A DNA stretch of 64,000 nt, from positions 160,001 to 224,000 of the forward strand of contig JBNRMN010000033.1 of NCBI GenBank assembly GCA_050309605.1. The letters are read 5' to 3'. The notes beneath the pieces were generated by a model that worked only from the letters and a program-made list of their open reading frames with translations, was not told the origin of the DNA and searched no databases. Below are positions 8,724-19,242 of the stretch, piece after piece. The stretch comes from Anaerohalosphaeraceae bacterium (GTDB lineage: Bacteria > Planctomycetota > Phycisphaerae > Sedimentisphaerales > Anaerohalosphaeraceae). The translations under genes were made by a program, and so were the position numbers. Numbering within the stretch: the stretch's first letter is position 1; the number at the start of each line of letters is the position of its first letter.

Positions 8724-11036
8724 ATGATGCAGCGAAGATTCGGATGGATGTTGGTTATAGTATGTCTGGCGGCGGCACTGAGCGCGTCGCAGACGACGGC
8801 GCCGGAGGCGGCTGAGGGGCTGACCATCGGCGTACTCGAAACAGCCGGTAATGTGACGTTGAGTCGGGCTGAGGTGCTGACGCGCGCGAGCCTGCGTCCG
8901 GGCCAGCGGTTCAGCGCCCCCGAGGCGGCCTCGGATGTGCGGCGGATTGCGTCGCTGGAGGCAGTGGAGCGGGCCTATTACAGCGCCGAGGTCGTGGACG
9001 GTCGTGTGGTCCTGACGTATGTGGTGGTGGAAAAAAATCTGGTCCGGTCGCTGGCTCTTCGCGGCAATCAGCGGCTCAGCGACTCCCGTCTGACCAGGGA
9101 GCTGACCTTTACCACGGGCGATTATCTGGATGTCTTTGCCGTGCGCGCCGGACGCGACGCCATTGAGCAGCTCTATCGAAAACGCGGACATGCGTGGGTT
9201 GAGGTGACCCTGAATGAAGCTGCGTTGGCGATGGGCCTAGTGGAATACACCATCGACGAAGGGCCGCGCCCCAAAATTCGGGCGGTGCGATTTGTCGGCA
9301 ACAACGCCTTCAAAGACAGTGAACTGAAAAAACCGGTCAAAACCAAACCCCGCAAGCTGATGTTTTTTCAGCAGTACTACAACCCCGACCAAATCGCCGA
9401 AGACGAGCAAAAGCTCATTGAGGTGTATCAAAAAAGGGCGTTTCTGGATGTGAAGATCTCCAGCGAGGTGGTTTTCGGCAAAGACAAAGAAACCGCCGAA
9501 GTGATTTTTCACATTGAAGAAGGGCCGGTGTATATCGTGGATTCCATCCGGATGACGGGGCATACCTTTTTTGATGAGGCGACGCTGCGGGAGGATATGC
9601 GGCTGCGCGAGGACTTTTACTACAGCCAGGATCGGGCTGAATTCGACGCTCGGAAAGTCCGATCGCGCTATCGGGAACAGGGTTTTGTTGAGGCCGAGGT
9701 GGAACTGAAGCGCACCTTTTTGCCGGATGCGCGGGTGGCGGTGGAGTTTGTGATTACCGAAGGTCCGCGTTTCCGCATTGGGGAGGTCGTCATTACCGGC
9801 AACACGACGATTAAAGACCACGCCATTCGCCGGGTGCTGGACGAGGAAGGGTTTGAGCCGGGTCAGTGGTATGACGCCGACGGGGCGCGCGGCGACGGCG
9901 ACGGCGAAATCGAACAGATTGTCCGATACACCGTGGTTACCGAATCGGCGGTCATTACGCCGACCGGCGACGAACCGGACACGCGCGACGCGGTCGTGAA
10001 CATCACCGAAGGGCAGACCGGCTCGATTATGCTTGGCGCCGGCGTGGCCAGCGACAGCGGCGTCATCGGCAGCATTACACTCGATCAGCGGAATTTTGAT
10101 ATCACCGATTGGCCGGACAGTTTCGGCGAATTTATTACCGGCAAGGCCTTTCGCGGCGCCGGTCAGCGGATGCGTATTTCGCTCAATCCCGGCACGGTGT
10201 ACAGCACCTATTCGATCAACTTCACCGAACCGTATTTATACGACCGGCCGGTGGCGCTGAATGTCGGTGCATCGAGTTTTTCGCGCTATCGGGAATCGTA
10301 TGATGAGGGGCGATTGACCGGAACAGCCGGCCTGGAAAAACGCTATCGCGATGATTGGCGCAGAGGCATTTCATTTCGGGGCGAACAGGTGCGCATCTCC
10401 GATCTGGATCATGATGTCCCCAAAGAAATCCGCGATGTCAAGGGCGACAACATGTTGTACGGAACGCGCTTTTACGTTCGTCGCGACCGCACCGACAGCC
10501 GTTATCTGCCGACTCAAGGGTATCATTTTGACGCCGGTTATGAACAGCTTTTCGGCGACTTTACCTTCGGCGTGCTCAGCGGAACGCAGCGATGGTATTA
10601 TACGCTGTATGAAGATTTGGCCGAAAACAAGACGGTCCTTGAGACCAAGGTTCACGCCGGCACCGTTATCGGCACGGCGCCGATGTTCGAGAAATTCTAC
10701 GCCGGGGGCATCGGATCGATTCGCGGTTTTCGCTATCGCGGCGTCAGTCCCCGCAAAGGGCCGGACGACGATCCGATCGGCAGCGACTGGCTGGTGATGG
10801 GCAGCGGCGAAATCGCCGTGCCGCTGGGCAGCCAGACGTTCGCGTGGTTGTTTTTTGCCGATGTCGGTATGATCGACTCCGGGCCGGTACGCTCCTCGGT
10901 CGGTACGGGGATTCAAATCCAGATTCCGCAGTTTTTCGGACCGGTGCCGATGCGGTTTGAACTGGCCAGCCCGATTACCAAAGACGACAAAGACAAAACC
11001 CAGGCGTTCAGTTTTTCGGTTGGCGCCTTGTTCTGA
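8724..11036 (+). CDS. bamA: Outer membrane protein assembly factor BamA
   Basis: Signal peptide, repeated POTRA-like segments, FYAGGIGSIRGF motif, C-terminal Phe; upstream of skp-lpxD. Confidence 0.95.
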   Translation: MMQRRFGWMLVIVCLAAALSASQTTAPEAAEGLTIGVLETAGNVTLSRAEVLTRASLRPGQRFSAPEAASDVRRIASLEAVERAYYSAEVVDGRVVLTYVVVEKNLVRSLALRGNQRLSDSRLTRELTFTTGDYLDVFAVRAGRDAIEQLYRKRGHAWVEVTLNEAALAMGLVEYTIDEGPRPKIRAVRFVGNNAFKDSELKKPVKTKPRKLMFFQQYYNPDQIAEDEQKLIEVYQKRAFLDVKISSEVVFGKDKETAEVIFHIEEGPVYIVDSIRMTGHTFFDEATLREDMRLREDFYYSQDRAEFDARKVRSRYREQGFVEAEVELKRTFLPDARVAVEFVITEGPRFRIGEVVITGNTTIKDHAIRRVLDEEGFEPGQWYDADGARGDGDGEIEQIVRYTVVTESAVITPTGDEPDTRDAVVNITEGQTGSIMLGAGVASDSGVIGSITLDQRNFDITDWPDSFGEFITGKAFRGAGQRMRISLNPGTVYSTYSINFTEPYLYDRPVALNVGASSFSRYRESYDEGRLTGTAGLEKRYRDDWRRGISFRGEQVRISDLDHDVPKEIRDVKGDNMLYGTRFYVRRDRTDSRYLPTQGYHFDAGYEQLFGDFTFGVLSGTQRWYYTLYEDLAENKTVLETKVHAGTVIGTAPMFEKFYAGGIGSIRGFRYRGVSPRKGPDDDPIGSDWLVMGSGEIAVPLGSQTFAWLFFADVGMIDSGPVRSSVGTGIQIQIPQFFGPVPMRFELASPITKDDKDKTQAFSFSVGALF

Positions 11037-11101
11037 AAACGAAAGCCACAAGACCCACGGTCAACATATCGAATAAAAATGTTCTGACAGAAAGGATTGC
11101 A

Positions 11102-11686
11102 ATGAAAACACGGACACTGATAGCAATGGCAGCGGCGGCGGTGATTACGGCGGGTGTTTTTCGCCAGGGTGCGCTTCAGGCCGATGCGCTGGCAGCGCCC
11201 AAAGTGGCGGTTGTGGATGTTACGCGCGTCCTCGAAAACAGCAAAAAACATCAGGCCTGGAAAGACAAGATGGAAAAAGAACAGGAGCAGATGAAAGAGG
11301 AATTCAGCGCGATGCGCAGCGAACTGGAATCGCTGGATCAGCAGCTTCGCCTGCTGCGGCGCGGCAGCGAGGATTATCTCCGATACAGCCGTCAGTTTGC
11401 CGAAAAAAAGGCCATCCTCGAAGCACGAAACGCTTTTTATGAAGACAAGGTGACCCAGGAAATGCAGTCGTGGACCGAAGACCTGTATCGCACTTTGCTG
11501 CTGATCATTGACCGCACCGCTCAGCAAAAGGGCATTGATCTGGTCCTGGCCAAAGAGCAACTGGACTTGCCGGCGCCGAGTCTGCGGGACTTTATGCTGA
11601 CGATCAAAACCAAAAAAGTACTGTACAACAGCCCCCAATTGGACATCACCGCCGAGGTACTGGCGTCCCTGGACAATGAGAATTAG
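11102..11686 (+). CDS. skp: OmpH/Skp periplasmic chaperone
   Basis: Signal peptide, KVAVVD, coiled coil, DITAEVL; between bamA and lpxD. Confidence 0.9.
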   Translation: MKTRTLIAMAAAAVITAGVFRQGALQADALAAPKVAVVDVTRVLENSKKHQAWKDKMEKEQEQMKEEFSAMRSELESLDQQLRLLRRGSEDYLRYSRQFAEKKAILEARNAFYEDKVTQEMQSWTEDLYRTLLLIIDRTAQQKGIDLVLAKEQLDLPAPSLRDFMLTIKTKKVLYNSPQLDITAEVLASLDNEN

Positions 11687-11704
11687 CCGCAGGATAAAAC
11701 ACGC

Positions 11705-12763
11705 ATGCAGCATACTTCATCGAAGATGATTGCGCTGGCGGATCTGGCCGACAGGCTCAGCGCGGTTCTTGTCGGAGGCGATGGGCAGCGTCCCGTTACC
11801 GGTGTCAATACCATTTATGACGCCGGGCCGAACGAAATCTGTTTTCTGACCGTCGAAAAACATCGCGCCCGGCTTGCCCAGACGCAGGCGGCTGCGGTGC
11901 TGGTCGGACGGGAACTGGACGATTGTCCGGTCGGACAGCTTGTCGTCGGCGATGTCAACAAGGCGCTGATCACGGCCCAGCGGTTATTTGAACCGATGCT
12001 CAAGGGCTTTTCCGGTATTGATCCAAGCGCGGTGGTCGATGCCACCGCGTCGGTCGATGCGTCCGCGACTGTCGGGCCGTGTGCCGTTATCGGGGCGAAT
12101 GTCCACATCGGCCCGCAAACGGTCATCGGTCCGGGCTGCGTCATCGGCGAAGAAACCGTCATCGGCGCCCGCTGTCGGCTGGATGCCAACGTGGTGGTTT
12201 ATCATCGCTGCCGCATCGGCAATGACTGCGTGATTCAGGCCAATGCGACGATTGGTTCGGTGGGCTTTGGTTATTATTTTGTTGATGGACAACATCAGTT
12301 AATTCCGCATAACGGCGGTGTTATCCTCGAAGACGGGGTGGAAATCGGGGCCGGCAGTTGCATCGATCGGGCCAAGTTCGGCCATACCGTCATCGGCGCC
12401 GGGACAAAAATTGACAATCTCGTCCAGATTGCGCACAATGTCCGTATCGGAAAGACCTGTCTTCTGGCCGGACAAGTCGGGCTGGCCGGCAGTGCCGTGC
12501 TGAAAGACGGCGTTGTCCTGGCCGGTAACGCCGGCGTAGCCGACCATATTGTCGTCGGCGCCGGTGTGGTGGCCGGGGCGCGGGCAACGATAACCGAAGA
12601 TATGTCCGATGGTCTAAAGGTGTTGGGGTTTCCCGCCAGGGAGATCCGCGCCGAAATGAAAAGTATGAGCCTGTACCAAAAACTTCCTGACATTGTCAAA
12701 GAACTGAAGCAACTGGAAAAAAAAGTCGAACGCCTTGAAGCAGCAAAAAACCATCAAGACTGA
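11705..12763 (+). CDS. lpxD: UDP-3-O-acyl-glucosamine N-acyltransferase
   Basis: Hexapeptide repeats, GFGY, IDRA, TKIDNLVQIAHNV. Confidence 0.96.
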   Translation: MQHTSSKMIALADLADRLSAVLVGGDGQRPVTGVNTIYDAGPNEICFLTVEKHRARLAQTQAAAVLVGRELDDCPVGQLVVGDVNKALITAQRLFEPMLKGFSGIDPSAVVDATASVDASATVGPCAVIGANVHIGPQTVIGPGCVIGEETVIGARCRLDANVVVYHRCRIGNDCVIQANATIGSVGFGYYFVDGQHQLIPHNGGVILEDGVEIGAGSCIDRAKFGHTVIGAGTKIDNLVQIAHNVRIGKTCLLAGQVGLAGSAVLKDGVVLAGNAGVADHIVVGAGVVAGARATITEDMSDGLKVLGFPAREIRAEMKSMSLYQKLPDIVKELKQLEKKVERLEAAKNHQD

Positions 12764-14042
12764 AGCCCGGCTGACCGGTAAAGGGTTGTTCAGCGGTAAA
12801 GAGACCAAAATGGTCTTTCGTCCCGCCGATCCTGATACGGGGGTGGTTTTTGTGCGCAACGATCTTAATCCGCCGGCACGGGTCGAGGTGTGCCCCGACC
12901 ATATCGCGCAGCGGGACCGCCGCTCGGCCCTGCAGAACGGGCGGGCGGTCATTGAGACGCCGGAGCACTGCCTGGCGGCGATTTATGCGATGGATATTGA
13001 CAATGTGATCATTGAGGTGGAAGGCGCCGAACTGCCGGGCTTTGACGGCAGCAGCGATGAATATTTTCGTGCCCTTCAGCGGTGCGGCATTCAGGTGCAG
13101 GACGCCCCGCAGCGTCCCATTCTCATCAGCGAATCGGTGTGCATTACCGAAGGCGACAAGAGCATCTATGCTCTGCCCCATCAGGGCAACGGGCTGAGTT
13201 TGACGTATGATATGGACTACACCCAGCATACCGGCGTCGGCCGGCAAATTTATTCCTGCGATTTGAGTGAATCGACGTATGCTCAGAATCTGGCGCGTGC
13301 CCGCACGTTTGTGCTCGAAGCCGAAGCGCGGCAGATGCAGGCGGCCGGCATCGGAACGCATCTGGGGCCGAAAGACATATTGGTCATCAGTTCGGACGGG
13401 CCTATCAAAAACACGTTTCGCTGGCCCGATGAGTGCGTTCGGCACAAAGTGGTTGATCTGATCGGTGATTTGCGTCTGGCCGGGCGGCCCATCGTCGGGC
13501 GCGTCGTGGCGTACAAAACCGGCCACACCCTCAATCAAAAACTGGTCAAGCGGCTGGTGGAAGCAAGCCGCCAAATCGAACAGCAAAGAGCGCTGTCCGA
13601 CAAGCCGCTGCTGGATATTAAACGCATCCAGAAGATACTGCCGCATCGCTATCCGTTTTTGCTGGTCGATAAGGTTATTGAGATCGAAGGCAGTCGGCGT
13701 ATCCGCTGCGTCAAAAACGTGACCTTCAATGAGCAGTTTTTTCAGGGACATTTTCCCTCTTCGCCCGTGATGCCCGGCGTGCTGATTGTCGAGGCGCTGG
13801 CCCAGGCCTCCGGCCTGCTGTTTGCCCAGACGCTTGAGCATACCGGCAAGCTGGCGGTGCTGCTGACGATGGACGCGGTCAAGATTCGCAAATCAGTCGT
13901 GCCGGGCGATCAGTTGATTCTGATTGCCGAAGCCGACAAAGTCCGCAGCCGTGCGGCCAAATGTAATTGTACTGCGATGGTCGGTGATGAGGTTGTCGCC
14001 GAGGCGCAGCTTAAATTTATGCTGGTGGACGACGATGTGTAG
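12735..14042 (+). CDS. lpxC-fabZ: Bifunctional LpxC deacetylase / FabZ dehydratase
   Basis: QKTI..., ETPEHCLAA and RHKVVDLIGDL (LpxC); LPHRYPFLLVD and FFQGHFP..PVMPGVLIVEALAQ (FabZ). Confidence 0.95.
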   Translation: MKQQKTIKTEARLTGKGLFSGKETKMVFRPADPDTGVVFVRNDLNPPARVEVCPDHIAQRDRRSALQNGRAVIETPEHCLAAIYAMDIDNVIIEVEGAELPGFDGSSDEYFRALQRCGIQVQDAPQRPILISESVCITEGDKSIYALPHQGNGLSLTYDMDYTQHTGVGRQIYSCDLSESTYAQNLARARTFVLEAEARQMQAAGIGTHLGPKDILVISSDGPIKNTFRWPDECVRHKVVDLIGDLRLAGRPIVGRVVAYKTGHTLNQKLVKRLVEASRQIEQQRALSDKPLLDIKRIQKILPHRYPFLLVDKVIEIEGSRRIRCVKNVTFNEQFFQGHFPSSPVMPGVLIVEALAQASGLLFAQTLEHTGKLAVLLTMDAVKIRKSVVPGDQLILIAEADKVRSRAAKCNCTAMVGDEVVAEAQLKFMLVDDDV

Positions 14043-14102
14043 AATCGCTCCGCTGTTAAGTGTGGTATTGCAAACGTGTAAGAACCGGAGGTATCAGCCA
14101 TT

Positions 14103-14912
14103 ATGAGTTGTCAGATTCATCCAACGGCGTATGTCGCTCCCAGTGCCGAACTGGGGTCCGATGTGGTGATCGGGCCGTTTGGTTTTGTTGATGAAGGTGT
14201 GCGAATTGGAGACGGAACCGTGCTCGATACCCACGTCGTCATCGGCAAAAACACACAAATCGGTAAGAATAACCGGATTTTTGCCGGCGCCGTATTGGGG
14301 CGCCCTCCGCAAATTCTTGGATTGGATGAACAGACCAGGATCGGTCGGCTGGTCATCGGCGATAACAATACCATTCGCGAGCATGTCACGATTCATCCGA
14401 GTATGTATCCGGATCAGAGCACGACCGTCGGCAGCAGCAATTTGTTGATGATCAATGTTCATCTCGGACACGATTGCCATCTGGGCGATAAGATTGTCAT
14501 CAGCAACTGTACGCAGGTCAGCGGGCATTGTCAAGTCGAAACCGGCGCCTGGCTCAGCGGTATGGTCGCTGTGCATCAATTCGTCACCATCGGTAAATGG
14601 TGTTACGCCGCCGGTTATACGGGCATCAACCACGATGTGCCGCCATTTGTGATTGTCAGCGGCCATTATCCCGTCGAGGTTCGCGCCATCAACAAACGCG
14701 GTCTGGCGCGGGCGGGACTGAATGAAGACCAGCAAAACAGGATTTACGAGGCGTTCAAATTCATCTGGCGCAGTGAAGGGCCTGTGCTGGAGCGTGTCAA
14801 GCTGCTGTCGGCCAAAGACGGGCTGGACGAAAACGTCCGCGCGATGTGTCAGGCTATCATCAACAGCAGCCGACAGCGATTCGGACGAACGCTTGAACTG
14901 AACCGACACTAA
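14103..14912 (+). CDS. lpxA: Acyl-ACP--UDP-GlcNAc(3N) acyltransferase
   Basis: IHPTAYV, IGDNNTIREHVTI, HLGHDC, VHQF, DVPPF. Confidence 0.95.
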   Translation: MSCQIHPTAYVAPSAELGSDVVIGPFGFVDEGVRIGDGTVLDTHVVIGKNTQIGKNNRIFAGAVLGRPPQILGLDEQTRIGRLVIGDNNTIREHVTIHPSMYPDQSTTVGSSNLLMINVHLGHDCHLGDKIVISNCTQVSGHCQVETGAWLSGMVAVHQFVTIGKWCYAAGYTGINHDVPPFVIVSGHYPVEVRAINKRGLARAGLNEDQQNRIYEAFKFIWRSEGPVLERVKLLSAKDGLDENVRAMCQAIINSSRQRFGRTLELNRH

Positions 14913-14932
14913 GAGGCAAACAAAGGAATGCT

Positions 14933-15934
14933 ATGAAAACGCTGCGAACGGCCGTCGTCGGGGCCGGTAAAATGGGCAACATCCACGCCAAAGTGTACAG
15001 CCAACTGGACGGGGCGGAACTGGTCGCGGTGGCCGATAAGGATCTGGAGCGGGCCGAGGCGCTGGCCGAGCGGTACGATTGTGCCGCGACCGATGATCCC
15101 GCTTCGCTGATCGGCACGGTTGATGCGGTCACGATCTCGGCGCCGACGGCGTCGCATCTGGAGCTGGCCGAATTGTTTATCACCCGCGGTGTGCCCGTGC
15201 TGATTGAAAAGCCGCTGGCCGCTTCGGCTGAGCAGGGCCGGCGGATTGCCGATCTGGCCGCCCGGCACGGCGTGGTGGTGGCGGTGGGCCACTCGGAGCG
15301 CTGCAATCCGGTCGTTCAGGCGATGAAGCGGCTGAACATTGAGCCGATGTTCATCGAGGCCAACCGCGTCAGTCCGTATCCGTTTCGGTCGATGGATATC
15401 GGCGTGGTGCTGGATGTCATGATTCACGATATTGATATTATCCTGTCGCTGGCCAACAGCCGTCCGGTCAAGGTCGAGGCGGTCGGGGTCAACGTGATTG
15501 CCGATCACGAGGATATTTGCAATGCCCGCGTGATTTTTGAAAACGGCTGCATTGCCAACATCACCGCCTCGCGGCTGGCGCTCAAGACCGAGCGTAAGGT
15601 GCGCGTCTTCAGTCGGCAGGCGTATTTGAGCCTGGACTATTTCCGTAAAGAAGGCATCGTCATCAAGACCGACCCGAATGTCGATGTGGTCAAGTGGATT
15701 CGCGAGCGTCAGGAAAAACAGGATTTTGATTTTTCACAGGTCAACTGGCCGGAGCTGCTGCATATCGAACAGCTCGAAATCACCGACGCCGAGCCGCTCA
15801 AGATTGAACAGCAGGCGTTTCTAAAAGCGATCTGCGACGGCGGTCGCCCGGAAGTAACCGCCGAAGACGGCCTGGCCGCACTCGAATGCGCCGAGCAAAT
15901 CCTCGTCTGCGTCCGACAACATCAGTGGAAGTGA
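14933..15934 (+). CDS. Gfo/Idh/MocA oxidoreductase (GnnA-like)
   Basis: GAGKMG Rossmann motif, IEKP, VGHSER, DVMIHDID; directly after lpxA. Confidence 0.88.
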   Translation: MKTLRTAVVGAGKMGNIHAKVYSQLDGAELVAVADKDLERAEALAERYDCAATDDPASLIGTVDAVTISAPTASHLELAELFITRGVPVLIEKPLAASAEQGRRIADLAARHGVVVAVGHSERCNPVVQAMKRLNIEPMFIEANRVSPYPFRSMDIGVVLDVMIHDIDIILSLANSRPVKVEAVGVNVIADHEDICNARVIFENGCIANITASRLALKTERKVRVFSRQAYLSLDYFRKEGIVIKTDPNVDVVKWIRERQEKQDFDFSQVNWPELLHIEQLEITDAEPLKIEQQAFLKAICDGGRPEVTAEDGLAALECAEQILVCVRQHQWK

Positions 15935-16002
15935 CATAACAGAAGACAAAAGATAGACGGTAGAGGGTGGAAAGACAGGGGCCTGCCTGTGTGTTCGGGC
16001 AA

Positions 16003-16032
16003 GCAACAGCCGAGCGACGCCAGTCGTCGGAT
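16003..16032 (+). repeat. Dispersed REP-like hairpin copy
   Basis: CAACAGCCGAGCGACGCCAGTCGTCGGAT resembles the copies at 41681-41823. Confidence 0.5.
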
Positions 16033-16068
16033 GGGCAAACGTCAAAAACCTGTGGGTGAGTTTTCTTC

Positions 16069-17430
16069 TTAATTTCGCAGGGCTTTGATAGGGGCGGGCA
16101 TACGGCCTTTTCGGGCGATGAAGGCGGGGGCGCATTTTTTGGGGACGGGCATAATGGGGGCGCTGCCGAGCAGGCCGCCGAAATGGACGATTTGTCCGGC
16201 GCGTTTGCCGGGAACGGGGATCACGCGGACGCTGGTGGTCTTGTGATTGGCGATGCCGATGGCCAGCTCGTCGGCGATAATCGCACTGAGAACATCGGCG
16301 GGTGTGGAGCCGGCAACGGCGAACATATCCATCCCGACCGAGCAGACGCTGGTCAGGGCTTCGAGTTTGTCGAGTGAAAGCGCTCCTTCCTTGACCGCGC
16401 GGATCATCCCGGCGTCTTCGCTGACGGGGATAAAGGTGCCGCTCAGGCCGCCGACCCGTCCGGAGGCCATCGCGCCGCCTTTTTTGACCGCGTCGATCAG
16501 CAGGGCCAGTGCGGCGGTGCTGCCGGGCCGCCCCATCCGGCTGACGCCCATCGCCTCGATGATTTCGGCGACCGAGTCGCCTGCGGCCGGGGTCGCGGCC
16601 AGCGAAATATCCACGATGCCGAATTCCACGCCGAGCCGGTCGGCCACCTCCCGGCCGATCAGTTCCCCGGCGCGGGTGATTTTGAAGACCGTCCGCTTGA
16701 TGACCTCGCTCAACTCGGTCAAGTCGCAATCGGGATTCTGCTCGACGACGGTTTTGACCACGCCGGGGCCGGAGATGCCGACATTCAGCGAATAATCCGG
16801 CTCGCCGATGCCGTGATGCGCCCCGGCCATAAACGGATTGTCTTCAGGTACATTGGCAAACACCGCTACTTTGGCGCAGCCGATGCCGGTTTTGCTGCGT
16901 TTGGCCAGATCCTTGAGGATGTGTCCGAATCGCTCGACCGCCGTCATATTCAGTCCCGCCTCGGTCGTGCCCATATTAAAAAAGCTGCACACCCGTTTGG
17001 TCTGCGACAGGGCCTGCGGCAGGGCGTTCATCATATTCTCATCCGAACCGGTCAGGCCTTTTTGCACATGGCCGCCAAAGCCGCCGATAAAGTCGATGTC
17101 CGCCTGGGCGGCGGCGCGGTCAAGCGTCTTGGCTACGCGCACCGCCGCGGCAATGGTTCGCGGCAGCGGCTCGGCCAGCAGCGATACGGGCGTAACCGCG
17201 ATGCGACGGTTGATGACCGGCACGCCGTATTTCTGCTCCATCGCATCGGCCGCAGCGTTGAGTTTTTTGCCCATTGCCACGATCCGCTGTTCAATCCGAC
17301 CGCAAAAGTGGTCCGTGTCGCGGTCCATACAGTCTTTCAGGTTGATGCCGAGTGTCACCGTGCGGATGTCGAAGTTCTGCCGCAGGGTCATATTGACGGT
17401 CTCAAAAATTTCCTCAACGGTAATGCTCAT
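16069..17430 (-). CDS. DUF711/UPF0210 (PFL-like) family protein
   Basis: DIRTVTLGINL, PEDNPFMAGAHHG, GGLSGTFIPVSEDAG, SVCSVGMDM, FGGLLG. Confidence 0.92.
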   Translation of the reverse strand: MSITVEEIFETVNMTLRQNFDIRTVTLGINLKDCMDRDTDHFCGRIEQRIVAMGKKLNAAADAMEQKYGVPVINRRIAVTPVSLLAEPLPRTIAAAVRVAKTLDRAAAQADIDFIGGFGGHVQKGLTGSDENMMNALPQALSQTKRVCSFFNMGTTEAGLNMTAVERFGHILKDLAKRSKTGIGCAKVAVFANVPEDNPFMAGAHHGIGEPDYSLNVGISGPGVVKTVVEQNPDCDLTELSEVIKRTVFKITRAGELIGREVADRLGVEFGIVDISLAATPAAGDSVAEIIEAMGVSRMGRPGSTAALALLIDAVKKGGAMASGRVGGLSGTFIPVSEDAGMIRAVKEGALSLDKLEALTSVCSVGMDMFAVAGSTPADVLSAIIADELAIGIANHKTTSVRVIPVPGKRAGQIVHFGGLLGSAPIMPVPKKCAPAFIARKGRMPAPIKALRN

Positions 17431-17593
17431 TGCAGGCTCCGAGTCGAGTCAGCGTTCGATTGTCTGTTTGAGCGACATTGTAACGAACGCGGCGGGTCTT
17501 GAAAAGCGACAGAATCAAAAAGACCGCGTTTTTGATTGAAGGCGGTTTCGTCGGGCGGTTGTATTGTCAGGCTGTTCGTGGTATGATTGGCGG

Positions 17594-18346
17594 ATGAACA
17601 TTGCCGGATGTACAGCCGTGGTTACAGGCGCCTCGGGGCACCTGGGCCGAGCCATCGCGACGGACCTGGCGGCGCGAGGGATGGACTGTGTGTGCCATTA
17701 CCATCAACACGCCGCGGCCGCCGAGGCGGTCATCGAGCAGATCGCCGCCACGGGACGCCGGGCGGTTGCGGTGCCGGGCGATTTGGCCGTTGAAGACGAC
17801 ATTGCCCGGCTGTTTGAGGCTGCCGCGGGACTGGGCAAGGTGCGTGTTTTGATCAATTCGGCGGCGATTTTTGAGCGTAGGCCGCTGGCGACGCTGACCG
17901 CGGAGAATATCCACCAAACCCTTGCAGTCAATTTGGCCGCTCCGATGTTGACGAGTCGCTGTTTTGTTCGCGCCCTGGCGTCTGAGGGGCTGGAATGTCG
18001 TTCTGCCAAATCGCCTTTTGCTAAAATTGTGAATGTAACGGACGTGGCGGCGATCAAGCCGTGGGCCGAATACGCGGCCTATTGTGCCGCCAAGGCCGGA
18101 CTGGTCGGTCTAACCAAGGCCCTTGCCAAAGAGCTGGCGCCCGGCCTGACCGTCAATGCCGTCGCGCCGGGCATCGTCACTTGGCCCGAACCAAGAACAG
18201 CGCAGCAGGAGCAGTCACAGCTTGCCCGAATTCCCGCCGGACGGTTCGGACGAGCCGAAGAGATCACCCAAAGCATCGCGTTCCTGCTGGACAATGACTA
18301 CATTACAGGCCAAACCCTTGCTGTGGACGGCGGACGGTCGATTTGA
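17594..18346 (+). CDS. Short-chain dehydrogenase/reductase (pteridine reductase/FolM-like)
   Basis: TGASGHLG, NSAA, YCAAK (YxxxK), VNAVAPG. Confidence 0.9.
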   Translation: MNIAGCTAVVTGASGHLGRAIATDLAARGMDCVCHYHQHAAAAEAVIEQIAATGRRAVAVPGDLAVEDDIARLFEAAAGLGKVRVLINSAAIFERRPLATLTAENIHQTLAVNLAAPMLTSRCFVRALASEGLECRSAKSPFAKIVNVTDVAAIKPWAEYAAYCAAKAGLVGLTKALAKELAPGLTVNAVAPGIVTWPEPRTAQQEQSQLARIPAGRFGRAEEITQSIAFLLDNDYITGQTLAVDGGRSI

Positions 18347-18526
18347 TTGACAGCCCCGCTACGAGAGAAAGACAAAGGCCCCACGGATCACCGGACAACG
18401 GCCAACTTTTGTTTACTTTCTGCGTAATATAGGGTATAGTAAATAGATAAGAAAATGTAAATACCTGTTTGTCTAATCTTAATACCGAATGCCGGACAAA
18501 TGTATTATTTAAGCGAAAAAATTGAT

Positions 18527-18859
18527 ATGCTTGACAAACGTATCGTGAATACGATTCGGGCGTGCAAGGATCAAATTCGGCACATGGCCGGCAAGACCGA
18601 AATGCAAATTGTTTTGTATGGCTCGCAAGCCAGAGGAGATGCTGAGCAAGATTCTGATTTGGATTTGCTGGTTCTTGTGCCGGACTCAGTGAACCTGACG
18701 CAAAAGCGGGCAATTCATGATGCTATTTACGAAATCGGTCTCGACAACGATGTGGTTGTCAGTGTGATTATAACCACACATCGTCAATGGGAATCGCCTG
18801 TAACACAATCACTGCCGTTATATAAAAACATCACACAAGAAGGGATTCGGGTAGTTTGA
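18527..18859 (+). CDS. Minimal nucleotidyltransferase (MNT, putative antitoxin)
   Basis: LYGSQARGDAEQDSDLDLLV (GS-x10-DxD); AT-rich; TGATG overlap with the HEPN gene. Confidence 0.9.
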   Translation: MLDKRIVNTIRACKDQIRHMAGKTEMQIVLYGSQARGDAEQDSDLDLLVLVPDSVNLTQKRAIHDAIYEIGLDNDVVVSVIITTHRQWESPVTQSLPLYKNITQEGIRVV

Positions 18860-19242
18860 TGTATCCCAAAGAAGATCTCATCCACTATCGTATAGATCGT
18901 GCTCGAGAAACTCTTGAAGAGGCGAACTTGATGTATAAAAACGGGTATTTGCATGGTGCAGCTAACAGGCCATACTATGCCTGTTTTTATGCTGTCCTTG
19001 CGCTGCTTGCCAGGCATGATTTATCGAGCAGCAAACATAGCGGAGTGATGGGTTTGCTTAACAGAGAGTTTGTGAAACCAGGGCGAATCCCGCTTGAAAT
19101 GGGTAAGTTTTATTCACGTGTTTTTGATGCTCGGTCGGAAGGAGATTACGCAGACTTTTTATCCGAAGCTGAAATAGCAGAGACGGATTTAGACATGGCA
19201 AAGCGGTTTATCCAAAGTATAGAGGAACTTATTCAGGAATAA
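18859..19242 (+). CDS. HEPN domain protein (putative toxin)
   Basis: ARETLEEA, ANRPYYACFY, KHSGV, FDARSEGDY; coupled to MNT. Confidence 0.88.
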   Translation: MYPKEDLIHYRIDRARETLEEANLMYKNGYLHGAANRPYYACFYAVLALLARHDLSSSKHSGVMGLLNREFVKPGRIPLEMGKFYSRVFDARSEGDYADFLSEAEIAETDLDMAKRFIQSIEELIQE

